Part shown: positions 1-8,308 of the stretch, piece after piece
Layout: each line of letters starts with the position of its first letter
How positions within the stretch are numbered: position 1 is the first letter of the stretch
From: a virus
Direction: 5' to 3' (one strand)
Virus record (IMG/VR): IMGVR_UViG_3300048930_000242
Location: 1-64,000 of that record
Length of the DNA stretch: 64,000 nucleotides
Notes under the pieces: model-generated
Told to the model about the DNA's origin: nothing
What the model saw: the letters and a program-made list of their open reading frames with translations, nothing else
The model's database searches: none
Program-made: the position numbers and the translations under genes

Positions 1-630
1 GCGACTCCAGGTCTCCGGAATCTCACAGCCATTTTCATCGGAGCAGGTGGTGATTACCTTCTTCTGAATCTCTCCGGCGATGGCGAAAAGGAAAAAGTTC
101 CGGTAGATTCCCTTGTACCGACTGTCTTTCTCATATGGAGAGTGATAGGCGAAGCCGGTATACTCAAGGTCATCGGTGATCATCAAATCGAGCTGAACAA
201 ATTCGCCGGCCTGAAGACCGTCGGTGTTCACGATTGGGAAGGCAATTGAGACGATTCCAAGGCCCGGCATTGGGTGGACTTGGTCAAACTTCCGCTTCAT
301 GATCTCGCCGATCTCCTTGGTCAACTCGGCGATCGTTGCGGCCGAACTGTCGAAGGTGATTCCCTTGAATGTGCCGGACTCGGCCATTGCGGTCAAGGAG
401 ATCGCCATGTCGATGTCACCGGATGTTCCACCAGGATTCTTCTTGCCGGTCGAGCCAAGGATCTTGACATCTTTCTTGGTCAACCGGAGAGAAGGGAGAA
501 CCTTGGAGAATGCAGAGGCCAAAGTAGCCTCCACATTCTCCTGGTTGATTCTGGTCACTCCGCTAACGGCATTACCGCCTTCCAGTTTGAGATGCTTTGA
601 TTCGGTAAGCCATTGAGCGTAGTCCAGCAT
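1..630 (-). CDS. Pol-beta-superfamily nucleotidyltransferase, truncated by the window edge; probable virion-internal protein
   Basis: Not in the ORF track; manual translation from ATG 630 (TAATG overlap with the gp41 stop): MLDYAQWLTES..LEGGNA...LGSTGKKNPGGTSGDIDMAI...VQLDLM, giving the GS-x-GDxD motif plus a third Asp. Open to position 1. Confidence 0.7.
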   Translation of the reverse strand, partial: MLDYAQWLTESKHLKLEGGNAVSGVTRINQENVEATLASAFSKVLPSLRLTKKDVKILGSTGKKNPGGTSGDIDMAISLTAMAESGTFKGITFDSSAATIAELTKEIGEIMKRKFDQVHPMPGLGIVSIAFPIVNTDGLQAGEFVQLDLMITDDLEYTGFAYHSPYEKDSRYKGIYRNFFLFAIAGEIQKKVITTCSDENGCEIPETWSR

Positions 631-2051
631 TACATACTCCATTCTTCGAAATTGTTCTTTTCGGCTGCCTTGACTGCGATTGCGGCCTCTCCGACGGACA
701 TTTCCGCTGGGCTCATTCGTCTGGCCGATGGAGGAATGAACGGACCAGCTCCAGCAACTCCACTAGAGAGCTGCTTCTTGGAGAATAGTGTCATTCTGTC
801 GGCATTGATTCCGAGCTCGAAAATAGGCAGCAATTGCTTCTTGGCATATCTATTCTTCAACTGCTTGAAACACAGAAGACCTTTTGCTTCCAACTCTTCA
901 TTGGTGATCACGCCAAGCATCAAGTCAACCGTGGCCGCCAGACCGTAGGACTCAGACACGTCGTCTACGTCAATGTCTTCACCCTTAGAGACACCTTGGC
1001 GTCCGGATTGGGTGGCAGACCATCCGACCATATCAAATTCCTGGCAGAGCCCTCGGAGTTCCTCAGCGATGCTCTTCACCCACTTATAGGAGTTGCCGGC
1101 GTCCGATGCCTTGAGTCGCTGCGAGGCGCAGAGGTTCAAGTAGTCGATGAAGATGACATCCGGCTTGAAATTCTTCTTCTGGCGAAGTTCCTTGAGCAAG
1201 AACCGGAAATGACCGGCATGGGCGACCGCCGCTGGGTATTCACGGATCACCAAACGTCCGGGAGTGAGGTCCTTGATCTCCTGGACTTTCTTCTTGTAAA
1301 ATTCAAACTCCAACTTCGGAAGATCGTCGATATTGACCTTCAGCATATTGGCGTCGATTCGCTCTCGAATTCTCTCTTCGGACATCTCCAGAGTGATATA
1401 GAGAACATTCAGACCGGCCTTGGTATAAGCGGCCGCCATATGACACATCGATCCAGTCTTAAAGCCACCGGTCCTTGACGACATCAAAATGTTCAGAGTC
1501 TTTCTGGTGAGACCGTTCTTGGTGATCAGATTCAACTCTTCGATGTCGAACGGAATCTTGGTCTCCGGAGAGGTGTAGAAGAGAAACTGCTTCTCGACAT
1601 CCTCGAAGAAGTCATGACCGACTCTGGTGTCAAATGTAACCGCCAGCGCGTCCGAGAAGAGTTTCGGAAGATCGACATCTGGGAACTCTTTCGGCCGCTC
1701 TGTGACGTCGATGGCCAACGAGATAGCGCAGTTCAGCGCTCGGTCTTGACAGAATTGCTCGGCCTCTTCCAGCGCCCATTCGGTGTCGACATTCCACGGC
1801 TCATCGATTTTCCGAATGATGTCCGCGGCCTCGGAATGAACCGCCTCGGAAATCTTGAGATCTCCGAGGTCGATTAACAAGGACTCGACGGTTGGGCGCC
1901 TATTGTACTTGTCGACGAACTTCGAAATGAGCTTCAAGACCGCCTTTTCACCGGCGGTCTCGAAGTACTCTTCTTTGATGTGAGGGATTACGGCGGATTG
2001 AAAATCATCATTCTTAATCAGGCCCTGTAGGACCATCCTGGATTTGCTCAC
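630..2051 (-). CDS. gp41: Replicative DNA helicase (DnaB family)
   Basis: YITLEMSEERI, IFIDYLNL, SIAEELRGL, SATQ, SESYGL, QLKNRY motifs; lies downstream of uvsX. Confidence 0.95.
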   Translation of the reverse strand: MSKSRMVLQGLIKNDDFQSAVIPHIKEEYFETAGEKAVLKLISKFVDKYNRRPTVESLLIDLGDLKISEAVHSEAADIIRKIDEPWNVDTEWALEEAEQFCQDRALNCAISLAIDVTERPKEFPDVDLPKLFSDALAVTFDTRVGHDFFEDVEKQFLFYTSPETKIPFDIEELNLITKNGLTRKTLNILMSSRTGGFKTGSMCHMAAAYTKAGLNVLYITLEMSEERIRERIDANMLKVNIDDLPKLEFEFYKKKVQEIKDLTPGRLVIREYPAAVAHAGHFRFLLKELRQKKNFKPDVIFIDYLNLCASQRLKASDAGNSYKWVKSIAEELRGLCQEFDMVGWSATQSGRQGVSKGEDIDVDDVSESYGLAATVDLMLGVITNEELEAKGLLCFKQLKNRYAKKQLLPIFELGINADRMTLFSKKQLSSGVAGAGPFIPPSARRMSPAEMSVGEAAIAVKAAEKNNFEEWSM

Positions 2052-2060
2052 TAATTCACC

Positions 2061-2642
2061 TCAGTGGATTGTACCGCGGTGGATGCACTCTCCTTCGGCA
2101 AGATGATTGGCGAATTCAGCGCAGACCTGAGCGGCGAAGATAGGGATAGTCCATTCTATATCATCCAGGTCCGTTTGTACAGTAGTTCCTTCAGCCATCG
2201 GAATGCCCACAACGAAGAAGCCGATCAGGAGTTTCTTGTTGTCCCAGTCATAGACCTCTTGCTGGAGTAGACTACAGACCGACATGGTCTTCGCCACTCT
2301 GAAGGTTCGCCCATCTCGCTCGAAGTCAAAGATCCACATTGGCGCGGACTTCGAGTCGGCCAGTGGATTGATCTTCTTGGTCGGGCGGATGCCCATATAA
2401 TGCTTGCGTGTGAAGTCCGAGATCGTCTCGGAATGAGGGTCGATTTCCTTGACCGTGCTCTTGACATAGACTCCGGAGGTGGAGTGATTGATAAGATCCC
2501 ATTCCACCTCCTCTTCGGTCAAGGATTGAATTTCTTCAATCTTCAGGTCCAGATTCTTCCGTTCCAGGTTCCTCATTTTCGGAAGCGGAATCTTCGGAGA
2601 TTGCTCCACTGACATACTTGAACCGCTTTCCGCACCACTCAT
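2061..2642 (-). CDS. Hypothetical protein (true start probably nearer 2530)
   Basis: ORF fills the uvsX-gp41 gap; no recognisable motif. Confidence 0.55.
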   Translation of the reverse strand: MSGAESGSSMSVEQSPKIPLPKMRNLERKNLDLKIEEIQSLTEEEVEWDLINHSTSGVYVKSTVKEIDPHSETISDFTRKHYMGIRPTKKINPLADSKSAPMWIFDFERDGRTFRVAKTMSVCSLLQQEVYDWDNKKLLIGFFVVGIPMAEGTTVQTDLDDIEWTIPIFAAQVCAEFANHLAEGECIHRGTIH

Positions 2643-3642
2643 CGATTTTCTCCAGAACCGGTTGGGTGAAGAACTTCTCTGGATGTCTCAGAATAGCCTT
2701 TTCGAAAGCCTTTGAGCCATCTGGAAGCTCGTACTTATTGGCCACTTTCTTGAAGATTCCAGCGGCTTCAGCCATTGGCAAAAGACCCCAATATCGGTCA
2801 ATGCCTCCATCGTATCTAAGCAGAGATTCAACTCGCTGCTTTTCTCTGGTAAGACGAGACTTCTCGGTGACGAACTTGATTATCGAGCCGGTTGTGACCT
2901 TGTCGTCCTTGTCGTAGGACTTGGAGCAGAAGAGAAGGGTTGACGCGGCATACTGAGCACCAGTTCCGCCAGACATCGTGTTGGTCGGAATGTAGGCGCC
3001 GATCGCAGCGTAGACGTGACTGGTCAATAGCATCGGAACATTAAGGCGACCACATTCGATGGTCAGAACTCGGAAAGCTCCCTTCATCAACTGCTGCTTG
3101 GTCATGTCACGCTTATCCGATCCGGATGCGATGTCAGTGACTTCCTTCGTTGTGGAGAGGTTACCGATCGAGTCAAGGACGAGCATCAGCTTCGGAGGCG
3201 GCGCCTTGAACTTGTTCTTCTTAAGGTGCGGTCCGATCAGCTCATGGTACTTGTTCAGCACGTTCAGAGCCTTGGTCCTGAACTCCTCGACGGTCGCCAC
3301 TGGCTCAACGGCCACTCTCGAGACATCGATTCCTTGGGCTTCAAGTTGAGCTCTGGTGATTGCCGCCTCGGAGTCAAAAATGAGCACCTCATTCTCCGGG
3401 TCGATGTCCAAGAAACCCTTGATGCCACGGATGATGAAGAAGGTCTTGCCGGTCGACTTCTCACCCGCAAATCCAGTGATCTTGTTTGTAGGGAATCCAC
3501 CGAAAAGTGATCCTGAGATCAAGGCATTCAGTGAATAGCTTCCGGTGTCCATGAAGCCGGTAACGTCTCCATAGGCTCCTACATCGGCGACAGTTCCGAA
3601 TCCATCGGAAAGAGCGCTTGAAACTGCTTTCAATAACGACAT
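2536..3642 (-). CDS. uvsX: RecA-like recombinase
   Basis: DTGSYSLNALISG, Walker A GEKSTGKT, FDSE, VLDSIGNL, DMTK, MSGGTG. Confidence 0.95.
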   Translation of the reverse strand: MSLLKAVSSALSDGFGTVADVGAYGDVTGFMDTGSYSLNALISGSLFGGFPTNKITGFAGEKSTGKTFFIIRGIKGFLDIDPENEVLIFDSEAAITRAQLEAQGIDVSRVAVEPVATVEEFRTKALNVLNKYHELIGPHLKKNKFKAPPPKLMLVLDSIGNLSTTKEVTDIASGSDKRDMTKQQLMKGAFRVLTIECGRLNVPMLLTSHVYAAIGAYIPTNTMSGGTGAQYAASTLLFCSKSYDKDDKVTTGSIIKFVTEKSRLTREKQRVESLLRYDGGIDRYWGLLPMAEAAGIFKKVANKYELPDGSKAFEKAILRHPEKFFTQPVLEKIDEWCGKRFKYVSGAISEDSASENEEPGTEESGPED

Positions 3643-3651
3643 TATGACTCC

Positions 3652-4737
3652 TTAATCGAAGAATGAACTCAAATCATCACATGTTTCTGGAACCGTTGTA
3701 ACCGCTCTGGCCACCTGTCTCTTTGAGATCAAATGAGGATTATCTCGGAGCCTAAAATAGATGCCGCACTGGCATAATCCGACTTCGGTTCCGTAGGTCT
3801 TCAACTCATTTTGATCTTCGGCGAAAATCTTGATTCCATTGGAAACAACATTATAGGTGGCCGGGTGAAACTTGTCTCGGAGACCTGGGAATAGTTCGTC
3901 TTGATTCTCCCTGATCCAGATCACTCGCTCTCCCATTGGGAACTCTTTCTCGGAGACTCCAGGGAAGATTTTGCCGAGTGTAAACTTCGCTCCGGGTCCA
4001 GGGGAGCAGAACGCTTCATCATGATTGAAAGGAAGACCCGGATTTACCGAATTCGAGGTTGCGCAGTGATAGCCATAGTAAGGACCAATGCCTCGAATCG
4101 ACCGAAGGTTGTCATACATATCTTTCAGTGTCTTGGACTCAATCAAGCGGTCCATCATTCCATCGTTCTTCCATGAAGCGATCCATTCCGCTACGGCCAA
4201 TGAACCAGAGGCCTTGGCGTCCGCCTCTGAGTAGGTTCTCTTCACGAACTTGTTGCCGGCATCCATGATTGAGGTGTGGAGTTCGGTGGTTCCCCAGAAC
4301 GGGAGTCCTTTTGCCTTTGACTTCGCGGTCTCTCCACGAAGCCAGGCTGTGTACTCTCCGATCTTGCCAGTCTTGGCGTAATCGAGCTGCTCCTTGGCCA
4401 GTGAATCGAAGTCCACCAGAGCGGTGTCTGGATCTTGATAGCCAGTCAAGACCGAGTGAATGCCGCGAGCTCCGTAGAAGTGTGAGATGATCGTGTTGCC
4501 GAGCTTGTTTTCCATAGAGAGACCAGGAGCGGTCACAATATGGTTCATGATGTAGACCATTCGGTCGTCGAGAGTGATCTGAGACGAGAAGTACTCAACT
4601 CCCTCTCCGAGAGCAGGAGAAGGAGCCTCATAGGCCGGAATGATACCACGAATGAAAAGGTTCCGCTCGTTGATTTTCTCTAGGAAGAAATGGAAATCTT
4701 CCAGAGCGGCCTTATCTAGTTTGCTTCTTGGATTCAT
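3652..4737 (-). CDS. aGPT-PPlase1 / amino-acid:DNA-transferase-like helical (HhH glycosylase fold) DNA-modification protein
   Basis: N-terminal F..I.ER..DDR, HhH-like RGIGPYYGY, PGPGA, C-terminal EVGLCQ.GIY; context in a modification cluster. Confidence 0.65.
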   Translation of the reverse strand: MNPRSKLDKAALEDFHFFLEKINERNLFIRGIIPAYEAPSPALGEGVEYFSSQITLDDRMVYIMNHIVTAPGLSMENKLGNTIISHFYGARGIHSVLTGYQDPDTALVDFDSLAKEQLDYAKTGKIGEYTAWLRGETAKSKAKGLPFWGTTELHTSIMDAGNKFVKRTYSEADAKASGSLAVAEWIASWKNDGMMDRLIESKTLKDMYDNLRSIRGIGPYYGYHCATSNSVNPGLPFNHDEAFCSPGPGAKFTLGKIFPGVSEKEFPMGERVIWIRENQDELFPGLRDKFHPATYNVVSNGIKIFAEDQNELKTYGTEVGLCQCGIYFRLRDNPHLISKRQVARAVTTVPETCDDLSSFFD

Positions 4738-5660
4738 ACCTTCCTGCTCTTGATATAGCTCTCGAGATAATCGGCCGGTTCGCCTTTCAAGAAGTCGGTG
4801 GCCATTTTCAAGACCTCCGGTTCATTCAGGTCGAGAGACCCAAGTTTCTTCTGGAGCTGGCGATCGCATGAGCGGTGTCGATTGAACATGTCTCGCTCTC
4901 GCCAATCCCACGGACGGGAGAATCCCATCTGCATGATATTGAATCCATGGAAAGTGCAGAATCCATGGTGAGTCCATACCGGCTGGAGATTACAGACCCA
5001 CATGTCGCCGGCGAATGTCTTGCCGAAAATCGTGAACCAGAGATGATTCAATCGCTCCGGCTTATTGAAGACATGAATCTCCAGAACGACCTGGCAAACC
5101 GAGTCCGGTAGCTTACGGTCGATCAGCTCAAACTCGGCGCCTTCAACATCACATTTGAGAATCCCAGGTTTCTCTTCCTCGATCATTTTGTGGAAGTCGA
5201 TTGCTGGGACTCTCTTGACGATGCGACCCTTGGTGATCGACTCTGGACGCTTGATCTCTCCAGAGAGTTTGTCGCCGGACTCCAGAACCAGGAAGTCAAC
5301 GAATGGATCGGAGCCGCGAATGGCGGCCGCATTATGGAGCTGGTAGGAGCCTTCGGCGAACTTGTTATTCAGCTTCAAGCAATCGAAATTGTCCTCGTCC
5401 GGCTCGATTCCAATGTAGTAGGACGCTCCTTGTTCTGCGGCCAGTCGGTTGAACGAACCGGCGCATGCTCCAAGGTCCATGACCTTTCGGCCTTCGAAGT
5501 CGAGGTGAGTGTAGGACCCGAGCTCTTTCAAGCTCGGGTGAAGGGCCTTGAGCTGGTTCGAATCATTAAGATGAAAGAAACCAGATGGGTCGATCAAGAT
5601 CTCCTGGCCAGATCTTGTGAAATGGCCAGAAGACTTCGCCTTTGACGAATTATGCTTCAT
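4734..5660 (-). CDS. FkbM-family SAM-dependent methyltransferase
   Basis: VMDLGACAGSF, GIEPDEDNF, HNAA, LKCDVEGAEFE, VLEIH. Confidence 0.85.
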   Translation of the reverse strand: MKHNSSKAKSSGHFTRSGQEILIDPSGFFHLNDSNQLKALHPSLKELGSYTHLDFEGRKVMDLGACAGSFNRLAAEQGASYYIGIEPDEDNFDCLKLNNKFAEGSYQLHNAAAIRGSDPFVDFLVLESGDKLSGEIKRPESITKGRIVKRVPAIDFHKMIEEEKPGILKCDVEGAEFELIDRKLPDSVCQVVLEIHVFNKPERLNHLWFTIFGKTFAGDMWVCNLQPVWTHHGFCTFHGFNIMQMGFSRPWDWRERDMFNRHRSCDRQLQKKLGSLDLNEPEVLKMATDFLKGEPADYLESYIKSRKV

Positions 5661-5675
5661 TATGATGTTTGCCCC

Positions 5676-6923
5676 TCAGTCGTAGTTGCTGATGCCGCAA
5701 TCCTTCAGAGCATTCAGGTTGGCCGCTCGGTACTCGGTGCCTGGAATGTACTCGTAGAACTCCGGAGCGATTCGGCAAGAGAGCAGATCGCATTCCTCAC
5801 GAGCCATCTGAGTAGGAAGGTCGATCGGAGGAGTCTTCTGAGTCCATGCCGACGGACCGATCAGCGGTCCGACCAAGCCGATCTCTCGAGCGACTTGTAC
5901 CAGTCGGATTGCGTCGCAGACCACCGCGGCCGAGTTCGGCGAGTCCTCGACCGAAAGGTCGGCAGTGAACTCGATCGGAGCACCACCCCAAGAAGTCGCC
6001 TTGATCAGGAAGTGAGCACGCTTGTTGTCTTTCAGAGCGGTGAAGTAGGCGGCCGGGCCGGCCTTGATCGTATGAGGCTTCACCTCGGCATGAGCGATCT
6101 TCGACTGGTTGACGATCACGTTCTCTTTGGACTTCTTCTTGGACTTGAGGCGGCCCTGGTCCTGCATGTTCAAGAAGTCGGTGTTACCGCCAACATTGTC
6201 CTGGTAATGCATGGTGACGTCGGCTCCACGAGCGAGGAAAAGCTCCTGAAGGACGGCCGAGATGATGCTCGCTCCGACGCAAGACCGCATGTCGTCTCCG
6301 ATCATCGGGATCCGTGCGTCGATGAACTTCTGAGCCCACTCCTTGTTCGAGCCGATGAAGACCGGAATGCAGTTCACAAACGAGATGCCGGTCTCCAAGC
6401 AGATCTCGGCCCAGAACTCGGTGGCCTTCTGAGAGCCGACCGGAAGGTAGTTCACAACAGCCGTGACGCCAAGTTCAACGAGATGGGCCTTGATCCGCTC
6501 CTTGGAGATCTGCTCTTCAAAATTTCCAAGCTCGTCTTCGTTGATGAATCCCTCGTTATAGGCCCAACGGAAATCACGAAAGGAGTGATCGCAGTCATGG
6601 GCGTACATATGGTTCGAGACTCCATCCATGATCGGAGCCGGTCGGACAATCGGGTCATTGAAATCCTCCGAGAAATTCTTGTGGAACTCCAGAGTACAGT
6701 TCGGCTTCTTGAAGATGGCCCAGGTCAATGGCTGGCCGATCTTCCGGAAGTCGACGTCGAATGCGGCCGCGACCTGGATGTCACGGGTCTCATAGCCGCC
6801 GATGTCCTTATGGATCACGCCGCAAGCGTCCGGAGTGTCTCGGTAGAAGTCCAGGCCTTGGACAAGTGAACTGGCGCAGTTGCCAACGCCGACGATTGCG
6901 ATCTTGATCTTTTTCCTGCTCAT
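5676..6923 (-). CDS. ino1: myo-Inositol-1-phosphate synthase
   Basis: GVGNCASSLVQG Rossmann motif, NYLPVGS, FVNCIPVFI, GDD, GGNTDFLNM, SKK.SK, DNK, EDSPNSA. Confidence 0.95.
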   Translation of the reverse strand: MSRKKIKIAIVGVGNCASSLVQGLDFYRDTPDACGVIHKDIGGYETRDIQVAAAFDVDFRKIGQPLTWAIFKKPNCTLEFHKNFSEDFNDPIVRPAPIMDGVSNHMYAHDCDHSFRDFRWAYNEGFINEDELGNFEEQISKERIKAHLVELGVTAVVNYLPVGSQKATEFWAEICLETGISFVNCIPVFIGSNKEWAQKFIDARIPMIGDDMRSCVGASIISAVLQELFLARGADVTMHYQDNVGGNTDFLNMQDQGRLKSKKKSKENVIVNQSKIAHAEVKPHTIKAGPAAYFTALKDNKRAHFLIKATSWGGAPIEFTADLSVEDSPNSAAVVCDAIRLVQVAREIGLVGPLIGPSAWTQKTPPIDLPTQMAREECDLLSCRIAPEFYEYIPGTEYRAANLNALKDCGISNYD

Positions 6924-6999
6924 GCTCGTTTCTCCTATTTCAGTTTCAAGTCATTGGGCGGCGAGCTGGCCGCAGTAGGACTTTGAGGTTGTAGTGATC

Positions 7000-7028
7000 A
7001 TTATACCACACCAGGTAGCCTTTGTAAA
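7000..7028 (-). promoter_or_regulatory. sigma70-type promoter TTTACA-N17-TATAAT for the ino1 operon
   Basis: Exact 17-nt spacer; -35 sits in the loop of a 13-bp perfect inverted repeat (7008-7020/7030-7042). Confidence 0.8.
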
Positions 7029-7057
7029 CGGCTACCTGGTGTTCTATCTAGTGATTT

Positions 7058-8308
7058 TTATTGGAAATAGCTGCTCATAGAAGAGAACTCGCCGGTGCTC
7101 TTCGTGGATCGGATCAAGTCCTGATGGACGTAGTCCGCACCGGAAAGAGGGAGCTCTCCGTTGACGTACTTGACGGCTTGCCCGACGAAGTACTCTCCGG
7201 TTGTGACCGGAACCGACTGAGGGATGTGAGGAACCGACTTGCGACCTTCCAGAAGTTCGAGGTCGATCGGAAGCCTCATGATGCACATCATCTCACGGAC
7301 ATTCAAGTACCGATTCTCATACGGGTGGGCGATGTTGTCGACACACTTTCCGGCGAAGGTGTTGTGGCGACCATCTGGATTGATGATGTAAGAGCCAGCA
7401 TAGTAATAGCCCATGCCGCGCTTGGTCTTCTCCATTGCGAGATTGACCTTGTAGCTGAAGTTCTTGACGCCATTGAACGGACCATCGCCGGTCCTCTCGA
7501 TGTAGTCCATGCACTCCTGGAACTTTCCGTTCTCGATCACCCACTCGATGGTAGCGATATGTTGATCGACCGGCACTACCTCGGTAGTGAATCGCTGATG
7601 ATCCATTCCGTGAAGGTCCAGAATGAAGCGATAGGCCGGATCGTAATAGGTGATTTCACCATGACGAACCGCGTGCTCTCGATTGAAAGGAGACAGAAGA
7701 GCCTCGTCGATGATCTCTCGGTAGGTCTTCATTTTGACCTTCGGAGCCTGCTCGATGAATGGAGCCGACTTCGAGTCCCAGAAGAAATAGAACGAACGGA
7801 GTCGGTTCTGTGGGAGTCCGTGGACCATCGAGTTGGTCAGTGCGGTTGAGAACGAGTACCCGTGGTCCTTGGCGATCTGCTTCAGAACGTCCAGCGTTCC
7901 CTTTCCTCTTGGCTGGACCAACCCAGGAGCATTCTCTCCGAGCATGACCTTCGGTCGGATTTGCTCGAGGACCAAGTTGGCGCTCTTGTACATCCACTGA
8001 TTCTGCTGAGCGGTCGCGCCGGAGCTGAGTGGATTCCGAGATGTGTTCAGCCTGGAGAGGCCGGCGCACGGGCAAAGAGCGGTAACGATGTCGATGTCGC
8101 CGCCGGCCATTCTGGCCTTCAGATCGTCGGTGAAACCAGACTCGTCGACCAAGTACCGAGGAACTTCCGGTCCGAAATAGTTGGTCAGATGAGATTCATT
8201 GGCATTGAATGCATTCCAAGAGACCATGAAATCCGGCTTGGTTCCGATCACATTCCGGGCGGCGATCGCCATTCCGCCGATAAGAGGTACGATAGCTGCA
8301 TGCTTCAT
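7058..8308 (-). CDS. Divergent C5-cytosine DNA methyltransferase fold protein
   Basis: Motif IV PCAGLS, VI ENAP, VIII HGLPQNRLR, IX RYLNVRE, X PQSVP; motif I is atypical (IVPLIGG). Confidence 0.8.
   Translation of the reverse strand: MKHAAIVPLIGGMAIAARNVIGTKPDFMVSWNAFNANESHLTNYFGPEVPRYLVDESGFTDDLKARMAGGDIDIVTALCPCAGLSRLNTSRNPLSSGATAQQNQWMYKSANLVLEQIRPKVMLGENAPGLVQPRGKGTLDVLKQIAKDHGYSFSTALTNSMVHGLPQNRLRSFYFFWDSKSAPFIEQAPKVKMKTYREIIDEALLSPFNREHAVRHGEITYYDPAYRFILDLHGMDHQRFTTEVVPVDQHIATIEWVIENGKFQECMDYIERTGDGPFNGVKNFSYKVNLAMEKTKRGMGYYYAGSYIINPDGRHNTFAGKCVDNIAHPYENRYLNVREMMCIMRLPIDLELLEGRKSVPHIPQSVPVTTGEYFVGQAVKYVNGELPLSGADYVHQDLIRSTKSTGEFSSMSSYFQ

Noticed and set aside
1450-1490. Atypical gp41 Walker A (SSRTGGFKT) as a sign of inactivity
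   Set aside because: Lys-Thr and all other helicase motifs are intact; most likely lineage divergence
2061-2642. gp40 assignment by position
   Set aside because: No recognisable sequence similarity
5652-6869. Long plus-strand ORFs (also 834-1478, 21649-22500, 28600-29508, 53466-54668 and others)
   Set aside because: Antisense shadows of well-supported minus-strand genes; no motifs or RBS
5676-6923. ino1 as a generic auxiliary metabolic gene or host contamination
   Set aside because: Embedded between core phage genes and co-transcribed with DNA-modification-type genes; a non-DNA role is disfavoured, not excluded
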